From Balanoglossus misakiensis (Eukaryota; Animalia; Hemichordata): DNA of 64,000 nucleotides. The translations under genes and the position numbers were made by a program. The notes below the pieces were generated by a model. It saw only the letters and a program-made list of their open reading frames with translations, had not been told where the DNA came from and did not search any database. The stretch is from the NCBI GenBank assembly GCA_040954595.2, contig CM082585.2, positions 2,634,902 to 2,698,901 of the forward strand. The letters run 5' to 3'. Positions 1 to 13,800 of the stretch are shown piece after piece; within the stretch, counting starts at the first letter, position 1; each line of letters opens with the position of its first letter.

Positions 1-718
1 AACGTGAAACGTGAATCTTGAAACGTGAATCTTGAATTAGGCTTACCCTAAAAATTACTGTACCCCTCGGAGAAGCATTTATAATGTCTTTAAAATGAGA
101 TGAAAACTATATGAATTTTCTAAGTGTATATTTATTCTTTGCTGTGGTAATTTATTTAGCTATAGGTCGATAAATTATGTTAATTTGATTGAGTTATGCA
201 TATAAGTAGTGAAAATACATTGTACTTGTGCATAAATATATCAGACAGTCTTATAGTATAGTGTGAGGTTGATCACACATATACTTAACCACATATTTCT
301 TGATCAATTAATTGTTTTTACGTCAAAGTCCTCAATATCCATGGCAATCTCAGAATCTAGGAATTTTAACACTCTCTATCATTCTCATTTTAACAAAATC
401 CCCTGAAACTCGTGTACCCTGTCAGCAAAACTTTGTCTGATTTTTAAAAAAACAGATTACTTTTTCACCCTTGCAAACAAATTTTCAAAGATAAGTTTTC
501 ACATTTGTTAATTTGTTTATATTATGCATGATTATAATTGGAAAAATTCTGAGATACAATTTCAACAAACATGTGTTCAGTACAAGTGTGCGGTTGATTT
601 CAAATTTTAAAATGTGTGCAATGGACTGACAGGATGTGTGTTTAGCTGATTGTAACCATAGCAATATACAATCCCCAAACAGTGTAGCCACAGAAGAGAT
701 CAATATCCAGTTACATAC

Positions 719-837
719 CGCCACATGCATGGCCATCCTCCAGCAGATAGAATCCTGGTCTGCAAGCGCACCGATAACTACCATGGGTATTCTGACAATA
801 GTGTTGGCACGCATTTCCACCACTGTGACATTCATAT
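719..837 (-). pseudogene. Calcium-binding EGF-like domain exon (frameshifted)
   Basis: Between cctccag| and |gtatgt the minus strand reads (Y)ECHSGGNACQHYCQNTHGSYRCACRPGFYLLEDGHACG, with six Cys in cbEGF spacing and a phase-1 donor. At 119 nt it is not a multiple of 3, and the usual DI(D/N)EC start is damaged. Confidence 0.8.
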
Positions 838-1879
838 CTGGAGGGTAAGAAGAAATTAGAAATTATTTACAAGCATTACATTATTCAAGGTAAGCCTACT
901 CTTGACTACTGGAATCTCACACCAAAGACACCTGGGCTCAGATTTATAACAAGATGGGAATAATTTGTCTCAATTGGTATCCCGTAAAATATTTTTTTCC
1001 GGATGTGTTTATACTTTAGAACCACCAGACAGGTAATATGTATCAGGCATGGTGCCTCAACAGCATCTTGGTATTCATCTGCACAGTCGTCATTTGCACC
1101 ACGTTGCTGAAATTCCCCGTCAGCTGGAAATTTGAATGCCAACGGAACTGCGTCTGATGTCATTGATATCAAAGAAAATCTTTATCTACTGGTCATCCAA
1201 TGTCCTCAGTTAAGACATCAAGCTGCCATCTTCTGATGTCATGTTAGGTAACAAATTATCCAAATACAGTTCCATTGAAATACTGAAAAGTGATAAACTG
1301 TCACTTGCCAGGCAAAAGGGATAGGTGGGTATTATAACTCAGCTCATAACATAACATACCAATGACTGGTTTTGTACATGTACTTGTGGCTGTGTCAGAG
1401 TTGGAACAACATTGGTGCCAGTGGTGACAGGTGGATTTTTGCTGTCGCTCACATTAGGTACTGTCGGTTGTGTTGACTGCACTCCTGTTCGCATTGTTGA
1501 CTGCATACCTGCTGATAAGTAAACACAGTAGTATTAAAACGTCAATAACTTCAACGTTAACTTTGGATATCAGCTGTAATACTTTATTCTACTCTGTAAA
1601 ACATTTAGAATTTATTCAGAGTTTGGTTTTCAAACAAAGGCGTTTTATATATTGATCAGCATTGTTATTGTTGAAAAATGAATTCTCGTCTGAGTTCATT
1701 TAATATTCCCAATGGCCATTACTCATGTACAAGTTTTGTATAGAAGCTAAAGACTGAACATTTCATAAAGCTATCCATAGCAGAACAAGAAACTAGGGTT
1801 AATTCCTTCGCTGAAAAATACTGAAAAAAACAATGTTACATGGGCTTTAGCAGTTAGCAAAAATGTCACAAAATTTTAC

Positions 1880-4800
1880 CATGACACTGTTGTATTATAC
1901 CATTGATAGGGGAATACGAAAAGGGGAACTTGAATATTTTTTCCTCAGGTTTTGGCAAAGTATATTCAAACTAATGGTAAATGACTGCCATGGCAACATA
2001 ACATATATGACAGTCAAATCTGTGTTTGTGGCCACCTCTATTATAGTGGCAACTTTGTTTCATTTCATGTACATGTACATTGTACATTAACTGACCTATC
2101 TATAGAAGCCACCTGTCTATAAATGCCAGTTTAGGAAAGTCCCTTGACTGGCCACTGTAGACAGTGGCTGTGAATCTGTACCTGGCCATCTCTGCTGTGG
2201 CTGTGAGTTGATAGAATTCACAGCAGCAATTTGTGGCATCTTACTGAACTGACTAGCATTTGCCATTTGCATGACACCCTCTGTGGCTTTCAGTGCAGCA
2301 GCTGGTGCATGCTGGGAAGTCATCTTTGGTGGTGAAGTTGCCTGTCCAAAAAGAGTAACAAACCTAGTTAATATGAAGCATTATCAAGGCCAGTATTCAA
2401 AACCACATTTTTTAATTCATGACTTCAATTTTTGATTCGATGTTGAGCTTGCAACTCTCAAAGTCCTATTTTCAACACACATACCCACATTAGAGCTTAT
2501 CAACATTAATCTCATTAAAAATTGAATTTGATTAATGAGTCTGTGGCATTATCCAAAGAGTCTTTCCATTTACAGAGTGGCTTTTTTGCAACCAAAACAG
2601 ACGTTTTGAATGTGTTTTGAAAAATAAATAGTCTACTGTGTAGACAATGGTAAGACAAGGCTATGCGATACAGTCATAAAAAGCTTTCAATTCACAGGAT
2701 GGGTAACTAGAAACAGCTAATTTGAATCTCAAAAAGTAGAAGGTAGACCACAACTGTACCTGGGTGGACAAAATTGTCTCATGGGGATACTTGAAACAGT
2801 CACATTGGGTTGTTGAGTCCTGTTTGCTGTAACAGTGGATACTGGTTGGTTTGGTAAACTGGTAGGCTGGGCAAAAGGCATTGATGACCTTTGACCTTGG
2901 CCCTGCATCTGGGGCTGACTTGGTTGAATCAGTTTCTGTTGAGAGGACGACAGTTGTTGTGGAGACTGACTTCCAATTTGACTTGGTCGTCCAGGTAACA
3001 GATGAATTGTTGGTGTAGCATCTGCAGTAAAAAGATCTACTTGATTTATTTATATACTGTAAAACAGAAAATTTCTGTGACAGGAAATGTTCGCATAATC
3101 CTAAGAGACAGCTGTTATGCTACAATTAAATTTCGCATTCTCATATTTCACTAACTGCACCAATATCCCTGAAAAATATTTTTACATGATTTTTTTTTAA
3201 ATTCGCATTTTTTGGTTCTCACGAAGTTCACAAAAATTTCCTGTAAGACAGTAATTCATCTATCACAAACACAGAGAAAGACTAGAAAAGGTGCAAATCA
3301 CCTACACAAAGCCATGAGTCTCCTCAGAGCAATGAGAAGTAAAGTGCCTTGCTCACGGACACAATATTTTGGTCATGAAGTCACCATCCTCAGATGGTCC
3401 TGCACATATTTCCTACTTTGAATACCCCATGATTCTCTGTTTCTCTGTTCATTCCACGTGTGCATCTGATGAAGGGGACTACATGTCCCCGAAAACTCAT
3501 GCTGTATTTTCAACTCGTTGATCACAGAGTGCTATATAACTTTAACTAATATTGTAGTGAAGATCAACATGGCAATATTCTACTATATCTCACAATTCAC
3601 TTGGTGGTCTAATTATGTGCGGACTTAAATTGACAATGGCTGGGAAGCAACACTGGAGACTTTACCTGGGGATGAACTTCCAACAGTTGATTTGAGAGGA
3701 TTTGAGGTCATACTGGAGGTAGATGCTGTAAACATGGTAACTGTTGATGCGGGTTTCAGTGGCTGTGTTGTGGTAGTGGTTGTAGACAAGTGGAAGTGGT
3801 TGCTATGGTTGTAGGTTTCACTATCGCAACCTCTTTTGTATCACCACTGGACACCGATTTTTCTGAAACACAAAAATGGAGTATTATACAGTTGATGTGA
3901 AATTCTGATGTGGAATCACACAATGTCACTAAACTTGCCTTGAACCTGTACCAGTGTTTCATCCAGGATGTAACCAAGGAAATTGATTGCCCACCTACCA
4001 ACAATTTTCAGGAGGATGTGTAATTAATTGGCCAGGCATTGACATGATGGGGAATTATAGGCTGGCTTGTGAAAGTACTGCAACAGAATACACTGCATCA
4101 CTCGCGACAATAACTTCCTTAAGCCTCAGAACGTGTGCAGAGGTCATGAAGTTCTGTCATATTTAGTATTAGCCAACCAGGAACGCATAACAATACGTGA
4201 TGTGTAATAAATATTACAACCATTTTATGGAAGTACCAATTTAGAGTAATGAAAATCTTAACAAACCACAAAATGATGAATTGGTTGTAAATGGCCACGT
4301 AAACAAGTTATATATTTGACCTGTGAACTTTAGAATCTGGATGGTATGATAGCAAATATTTGCATAGCAACAGATACCTACCAGCAAGTTGTTTACCTTT
4401 GAGAAGTATCATGTGGTGTGGATCAGCCGCATAATCCTTCATAGGTACCATCTGTATTTCACGCTTTGTCGCTAAGTTTTTGGAGTTCAGGCCGTTTGCG
4501 GGGTGATATGATTGAGGAATGGACTCCTCTCTGTCAAAATACAACATTTGCTAAGAATCAAATGTGGCATCCACATGTGAAGTCGTTACTGATGCAACAA
4601 AAACAATTCAAAATTCAAAACAAAGAGTTTTTGAGACTTGAGTTGTTGTCATCATTTTGAAGACAATCAAAACATTGAGCATTCCTCATCTTTACTGAAA
4701 ATTTAGTTGCCCTCAGCAAATATACAAGTTCAATTTAATAATCTCATACATACTAGAAAATGTTCCCAAAGCGATGCATTTAGATGTAAAACACATGTCA

Positions 4801-7800
4801 ATCAATCAAAGTTAATTATAAAACCAGAATTCCTGTTAAATGGGGCTTAATGAAATTGGTCCAAACAGTAAGCTAGTTTGAAAAGATGTTTTGTTTTCAT
4901 CTTCCCTTGTCAGATTGATATGACTATTGTTAGTAGGCAGTGTTGTATGAAATGTTTTATATCGCTTACCTTACCCAACATGGCAGTCAATTGATCTGCA
5001 GTCAATTCACTGTAATTAATACTATCTTGACTTGGCAAGGGATGTGGAGGAGAGTTGCAGATCAATATACAATGTTTCTGTTGTTGTGTGCTGTATGCAA
5101 AGAGAAGAGAAAAACAATATTTCGTTATTGGCAGTATTGTCAGTCAGTGTTTTTTCTAACCCTTCCACCCCAATTTCCTCTTCAGAGGTCCAACCTTAAC
5201 ATAGAAAACAATGCTGTTGGACTGAACCATAACGATGATCAGGGTAATGTAACCAGGGTTCCCCAGTCATTTTACTAGCATTCCTCATGGTACCATCAAT
5301 GCAGTCATATTAATGGTAAGACAGGTGTTACATGGGGTTCCAAAATCACTCATTCATGCTCCCCAACAATAGCCAAAATACTGTGTTATCCAAATTCTTA
5401 TTTCCCACCTGTTACAACTTACAAAGTATCTGTCGCAGTCATTTTATGCTCTTTTAGTATTTAGGATCTATTATGGATGATATAATCACCTCTGAACATA
5501 TATAGACTAGATTGCATGTATAGCTCAACAGAATAATATTGAAGGTCAGAATGCTTTTGATGAGGAAACAACACACCAACTGCGAGATTATATCTTCTTC
5601 GGAGAATTCAATCATTTCATGTTTGTCAAGATACTTTGCAACTGGTGTATTGTTCTCTCATCAAAAGCATTCTGACCTTCAATATTACCGGACTGTAAAA
5701 CGGATTATTTTCATGAAAGGAAATTTTTCGCGACATTAAAAGACCAAACTGTTACGCGAGGATTAATTTTCACATTCTCGTATTTCATTGCATCTTTATC
5801 TCCGAAAAACATTTTACGCGACTTTTTATTTTCACGTTTGTTGGTTCTCGCATATTTCGCGAAAAATGTATTGCTCGCAAAAACAACCTGTTTTTTTTGT
5901 GGTATGGTAATTTAACAGTAAAACAAAGGTGCAAGCTTTCTCTTATTGTGAGTATGGCAGAGAAAGTTTTTGACTGCTGTCGAATTCTCTGGCAAACACT
6001 GAAGGATTATGGAACTGAAAATGTTGGTAATACAGTGAAACCTGTCAATAAGACATCTCTCTAATCAGTACACCACTCTATTAAGGAAAGATTGTTCAAG
6101 ACAGAAGTGATGGTTTGAATAAAATATTACATGCACATTTCTATTAAAGGGACAAAGTCTCTCTCTCGCTGCCCTTTTTTCCATTATGTTTGATACAAGA
6201 GACATTTTATATTAATGTACATATGTATATGTAGTGAATGAATGTTCAACCATACACAATTTCCATCCCGCTTTAATGATATGAGCATAAGAACTCGCCC
6301 AAAATGAATAAATGATAGAGACCGATTGTTCATATTGGTGAGGTTTTTTTTCACTCTCGTGGCTACAAGCAGGGTGGAAGTTGTGTGTGGTCATGACACT
6401 GGTGTATTATACCATTGATGGAGAATATGAAAAGGGGAACTTGAATATTTGTTTCCTCCGGTTTTGGCAATGTATAATCGAACTCATGGTAAATGACTGC
6501 CATGGCAACATAACATATATGACAGTCAACTATGTGTTTGTTGCAACCTCTATGTAGTGGCAACTTTGTTTCATTTCATGTACATGTACATTGCACATTT
6601 ATTGACCTGTCTATAGAAGCCACCTGTCTATAAATGTCAGTTTTGGAAGTCCCTTGACTGGCCAGTATAGACAGGTTTGACTGTACCTACCTCTTTGTGG
6701 CTGTGAATCTGTACCTGGCCATCTCTGCTCTGGCTGTGAGTTGATAGAATTCACAGCAGCAATTGGTGGCATCTTACTGAACTGACTAGCATTTGCCATT
6801 TGCATGACACCCTCTGTGGCTTTCAGTGCAGCAGCTGGTGCATGCTGGGAAGTCATCTTTGGTGGTGAAGTTGCCTGTCCAAAAAGAGTAACAAACCTAG
6901 TTAATATGAAGCATTATCAAGGCCAGTATTCAAAACCACATTTTTTAATTCATGACTTCAATTTTTGATTCGATGTTGAGCTTGCAACTCTCAAAGTCCT
7001 ATTTTCAACACACATACCCACATTAGAGCTTATCAACATTAATCTCATTAAAAATTGAATTTGATTAATGAGTCTGTGGCATTATCCAAAGAGTCTTTCC
7101 ATTTACAGAGTGGCTTTTTTGCAACCAAAACAGACGTTTTGAATGTGTTTTGAAAATAAATAGTCTACTGTGTAGACAATGGTAAGACAAGGCTATGCGA
7201 TACAGTCATAAAAAGCTTTCAATTCACAGGATGGGTAACTAGAAACAGCTAATTTGAATCTCAAAAAGTAGAAGGTAGACCACAACTGTACCTGGGTGGA
7301 CAAAATTGTCTCATGGGGATACTTGAAACAGTCACATTGGGTTGTTGAGTCCTGTTTGCTGTAACAGTGGATACTGGTTGGTTTGGTAAACTGGTAGGCT
7401 GGGCAAAAGGCATTGATGACCTTTGACCTTGGCCCTGCATCTGGGGCTGACTTGGTTGAATCAGTTTCTGTTGAGAGGACGACAGTTGTTGTGGAGACTG
7501 ACTTCCAATTTGACTTGGTCGTCCAGGTAACAGATGAATTGTTGGTGTAGCATCTGCAGTAAAAAGATCTACTTGATTTATTTATATACTGTAAAACAGA
7601 AAATTTCTGTGACAGGAAATGTTCGCATAATCCTAAGAGACAGCTGTTATGCTACAATTAAATTTCGCATTCTCATATTTCACTAACTGCACCAATATCC
7701 CTGAAAAATATTTTTACATGATTTTTTTTTAAATTCGCATTTTTTGGTTCTCACGAAGTTCACAAAAATTTCCTGTAAGACAGTAATTCATCTATCACAA

Positions 7801-10800
7801 ACACAGAGAAAGACTAGAAAAGGTGCAAATCACCTACACAAAGCCATGAGTCTCCTCAGAGCAATGAGAAGTAAAGTGCCTTGCTCACGGACACAATATT
7901 TTGGTCATGAAGTCACCATCCTCAGATGGTCCTGCACATATTTCCTACTTTGAATACCCCATGATTCTCTGTTTCTCTGTTCATTCCACGTGTGCATCTG
8001 ATGAAGGGGACTACATGTCCCCGAAAACTCATGCTGTATTTTCAACTCGTTGATCACAGAGTGCTATATAACTTTAACTAATATTGTAGTGAAGATCAAC
8101 ATGGCAATATTCTACTATATCTCACAATTCACTTGGTGGTCTAATTATGTGCGGACTTAAATTGACAATGGCTGGGAAGCAACACTGGAGACTTTACCTG
8201 GGGATGAACTTCCAACAGTTGATTTGAGAGGATTTGAGGTCATACTGGAGGTAGATGCTGTAAACATGGTAACTGTTGATGCGGGTTTCAGTGGCTGTGT
8301 TGTGGTAGTGGTTGTAGACAAGTGGAAGTGGTTGCTATGGTTGTAGGTTTCACTATCGCAACCTCTTTTGTATCACCACTGGACACCGATTTTTCTGAAA
8401 CACAAAAATGGAGTATTATACAGTTGATGTGAAATTCTGATGTGGAATCACACAATGTCACTAAACTTGCCTTGAACCTGTACCAGTGTTTCATCCAGGA
8501 TGTAACCAAGGAAATTGATTGCCCACCTACCAACAATTTTCAGGAGGATGTGTAATTAATTGGCCAGGCATTGACATGATGGGGAATTATAGGCTGGCTT
8601 GTGAAAGTACTGCAACAGAATACACTGCATCACTCGCGACAATAACTTCCTTAAGCCTCAGAACGTGTGCAGAGGTCATGAAGTTCTGTCATATTTAGTA
8701 TTAGCCAACCAGGAACGCATAACAATACGTGATGTGTAATAAATATTACAACCATTTTATGGAAGTACCAATTTAGAGTAATGAAAATCTTAACAAACCA
8801 CAAAATGATGAATTGGTTGTAAATGGCCACGTAAACAAGTTATATATTTGACCTGTGAACTTTAGAATCTGGATGGTATGATAGCAAATATTTGCATAGC
8901 AACAGATACCTACCAGCAAGTTGTTTACCTTTGAGAAGTATCATGTGGTGTGGATCAGCCGCATAATCCTTCATAGGTACCATCTGTATTTCACGCTTTG
9001 TCGCTAAGTTTTTGGAGTTCAGGCCGTTTGCGGGGTGATATGATTGAGGAATGGACTCCTCTCTGTCAAAATACAACATTTGCTAAGAATCAAATGTGGC
9101 ATCCACATGTGAAGTCGTTACTGATGCAACAAAAACAATTCAAAATTCAAAACAAAGAGTTTTTGAGACTTGAGTTGTTGTCATCATTTTGAAGACAATC
9201 AAAACATTGAGCATTCCTCATCTTTACTGAAAATTTAGTTGCCCTCAGCAAATATACAAGTTCAATTTAATAATCTCATACATACTAGAAAATGTTCCCA
9301 AAGCGATGCATTTAGATGTAAAACACATGTCAATCAATCAAAGTTAATTATAAAACCAGAATTCCTGTTAAATGGGGCTTAATGAAATTGGTCCAAACAG
9401 TAAGCTAGTTTGAAAAGATGTTTTGTTTTCATCTTCCCTTGTCAGATTGATATGACTATTGTTAGTAGGCAGTGTTGTATGAAATGTTTTATATCGCTTA
9501 CCTTACCCAACATGGCAGTCAATTGATCTGCAGTCAATTCACTGTAATTAATACTATCTTGACTTGGCAAGGGATGTGGAGGAGAGTTGCAGATCAATAT
9601 ACAATGTTTCTGTTGTTGTGTGCTGTATGCAAAGAGAAGAGAAAAACAATATTTCGTTATTGGCAGTATTGTCAGTCAGTGTTTTTTCTAACCCTTCCAC
9701 CCCAATTTCCTCTTCAGAGGTCCAACCTTAACATAGAAAACAATGCTGTTGGACTGAACCATAACGATGATCAGGGTAATGTAACCAGGGTTCCCCAGTC
9801 ATTTTACTAGCATTCCTCATGGTACCATCAATGCAGTCATATTAATGGTAAGACAGGTGTTACATGGGGTTCCAAAATCACTCATTCATGCTCCCCAACA
9901 ATAGCCAAAATACTGTGTTATCCAAATTCTTATTTCCCACCTGTTACAACTTACAAAGTATCTGTCACAGTCATTTTATGCTCTTTTAGTATTTAGGATC
10001 TATTATGGATGATATAATCACCTCTGAACATATATAGACTAGATTGCATGTATAGCTCAACAGAATAATATTGAAGGTCAGAATGCTTTTGATGAGGAAA
10101 CAACACACCAACTGCGAGATTATATCTTCTTCGGAGAATTCAATCATTTCATGTTTGTCAAGATACTTTGCAACTGGTGTATTGTTCTCTCATCAAAAGC
10201 ATTCTGACCTTCAATATTACCGGACTGTAAAACGGATTATTTTCATGAAAGGAAATTTTTCGCGACATTAAAAGACCAAACTGTTACGCAAGGATTAATT
10301 TTCACATTCTCGTATTTCATTGCATCTTTATCTCCGAAAAACATTTTACGCGACTTTTTATTTTCACGTTTGTTGGTTCTCGCATATTTCGCGAAAAATG
10401 TATTGCTCGCAAAAACAACCTGTTTTTTTTGTGGTATGGTAATTTAACAGTAAAACAAAGGTGCAAGCTTTCTCTTATTGTGAGTATGGCAGAGAAAGTT
10501 TTTGACTGCTGTCGAATTCTCTGGCAAACACTGAAGGATTATGGAACTGAAAATGTTGGTAATACAGTGAAACCTGTCAATAAGACATCTCTCTAATCAG
10601 TACACCACTCTATTAAGGAAAGATTGTTCAAGACAGAAGTGATGGTTTGAATAAAATATTACATGCACATTTCTATTAAAGGGACAAAGTCTCTCTCTCG
10701 CTGCCCTTTTTTCCATTATGTTTGATACAAGAGACATTTTATATTAATGTACATATGTATATGTAGTGAATGAATGTTCAACCATACACAATTTCCATCC

Positions 10801-13800
10801 CGCTTTAATGATATGAGCATAAGAACTCGCCCAAAATGAATAAATGATAGAGACCGATTGTTCATATTGGTGAGGTTTTTTTTCACTCTCGTGGCTACAA
10901 GCAGGGTGGAAGTTGTGTGTGGTCATGACACTGGCGTATTATACCATTGATGGAGAATATGAAAAGGGGAACTTGAATATTTGTTTCCTCCGGTTTTGGC
11001 AATGTATAATCGAACTCATGGTAAATGACTGCCATGGCAACATAACATATATGACAGTCAACTATGTGTTTGTTGCAACCTCTATGTAGTGGCAACTTTG
11101 TTTCATTTCATGTACATGTACATTGCACATTTATTGACCTGTCTATAGAAGCCACCTGTCTATAAATGTCAGTTTTGGAAGTCCCTTGACTGGCCAGTAT
11201 AGACAGGTTTGACTGTACCTACCTCTTTGTGGCTGTGAATCTGTACCTGGCCATCTCTGCTGTGGCTGTGAGTTGATAGAATTCACAGCAGCAATTGGTG
11301 GCATCTTACTGAACTGACTAGCATTTACCATTTGCATGACACCCTCTGTGGCTTTCAGTGCAGCAGCTGGTGCATGCTGGGAAGTCATCTTTGGTGGTGA
11401 AGTTGCCTGTCCAAAAAGAGTAACAAACCTAGTTAATATGAAGCATTATCAAGGCCAGTATTCAAAACCCCGTTTTAAATTCATGACTTCAATTTTTGAT
11501 TCGATGTTGAGCTTGCAACTCTCAAAGTCCTATTTTCAACACACATACCCACATTAGAGCTTATCAACATTAATCTCATTAAACATTGAAATTGATCACT
11601 GAGTCTCTGGCATTATCCAAAAGAGTCTTTGCATTCACAGAGTGGGTTTCTAGCAACCAAAACAGACGTTTTGAATGTGTTTTGAAACAATAGTTTACTG
11701 TATAGAAAATGGTAACACAAGGCTATGTGAAACAGTCATAAAAAGCTTTCAATTCACAGGATGGGTAACTAGAAACAGCTAATTTGAATCTCATAAAGTA
11801 GAAGGTAGACCACAACTGTACCTGGATGGACAAAATTGTCTCATGGGGATACTTGAAACAGTCACATTGGGTTGTTGTGTCCTGTTTGCTGTGACAGTGG
11901 ATACTGGTTGGTTTGGTAAACTGGTAGGCTGGGAAAAAGGCATTGATGACCTTTGACCTTGGCCCTGCATCTGGGACTGACTCAGTTTCTGTTGAGAGGA
12001 TGACAGATGTTGTGGAGACGGACTTCCAATTTGACTTGGTTGTCCAGGTGACAGATGACTTGGTGTGGCACCTGCAGTAAAAATATCTAGTTGATTTATT
12101 TATATACTGTAAAACGGGAAATTTCTGTGACAGGAAATGTTCGCATATCAAAGGAGACAGCTGTTACGCTACACTTAAATTTTGCATTCTCATATTTCAC
12201 TAACTGCACCAATATCCTCTACCTTGGCCCTGCATCTGGGGTTGACTTGGTTGAGTCAGTTTCTGATCACAAAGTGCTATATAACTTTAACTCATATTGT
12301 ACTGAAGATCAACACGGCAATACTCTTAATAATTCTACTATATCTCACACTACACTTGGTGGTCTAATTGTGTGTGGACTTAATTTGACAATGGCTGGGA
12401 AGCAACACTGGAGACTTTACCTGGAGATGAACTTCCAACAGTTGATTTGAGAGGATTTGAGGTCATACCAGAGCTAGGCCCTGTAACCATGGTAACTGTT
12501 TGCAGGTTTCAGTGGCTGTGTTGTGGTAGTGGTTGTAGACACTGAAGTGGTTAATATGGTTGTAGGTTTCACTATGGCAACCTCTTTTGTATCACCACTT
12601 GACACAGATTTTTCTGAAACACAATCATTACAAAAATGGAGGATTATACAGTTTATGTGAAATTCTGCTGCGGATTCACACAATGTCACTAAACTTGTCT
12701 TGAACCTGTACCAGTGTTTCATCCAGGATGTAACCATGGAAATTGATTGCCCACCTTCGAACAATTTTCAGGAGGATGTGTAATTAATTGGCCAGGCATT
12801 GAAATGATGGGGAATAATAGGCTGGCTTGTGAAAGTACTGCAACAGAATACACTGCATCACTCGCGACAATAACTTCCATAAGCCTCAGATCGTGTGCAC
12901 AGGTCATGAATTTCTGTCATATTTAGTATTAGCCAACCAGGAGCGCATAATAATACGTGATGTGTAATAAATATTAATAAATATATTACAACCATTTTAT
13001 TGAAGTACCAATTTAGAGTAATGAAAATCTTAACAAACCACAAAATGATGAATTGGTTGTAAATGACCATGTAAACAAGTTATATATTTGACCAGTGAAC
13101 TTTAGAATCTAGATCATGGTATGATTGCAAATATTTGCGTAGCAACAGATACCTACCAGCAAGTTGATAACCTTTGAGAAGTATCATGTGGTGTGGATCA
13201 GCCGCATAATCCTTCATTGGTACCATCTGTACTTCACCATATGCTTTGAAGTTAAGTTTTTGGAGTTCAGGCAGTTTGCGGGGTGATATGATTGAGAAAT
13301 GGACTCCTCTCTGTGAAAATACAACATTTGCTAAGAATCGAAATTTGGCATTCACATGTGAAGTCGTTAATGATGCGACAACTACAATTCAAACTTTAAA
13401 ACAAAAGAGTTTTTGAGACTTGAGTTGTTGTCATCTTTTTGAAGACAATCCGAACATTGGGCATTCCTCATCTTTACTGAAAATTTAGTTGCCCCAGCAA
13501 ATATACAAGTTCAATTTAATAATCACATACATACTAGAAAATGTTCCCAAAACAATGCATTTAGATGTAAAACACATTTCAATCAATCAAAGTTTATTAT
13601 AAAACCAGATTCCAAGAAAATACAGCTGTTCAAAGGGGCTTAGTGTTTTTTTTCATCTTCCCTTGTCAGGTTGATATGACTATTGTTAGTATGCAGTGTT
13701 GTATGAAATGTTTTACATCGCTTACTTACCTCACCCAACATGGCAGCCAATTATTCTGCAGTAAATCCACTGTAATTAATACTACCTTGACTTGGCAAAG

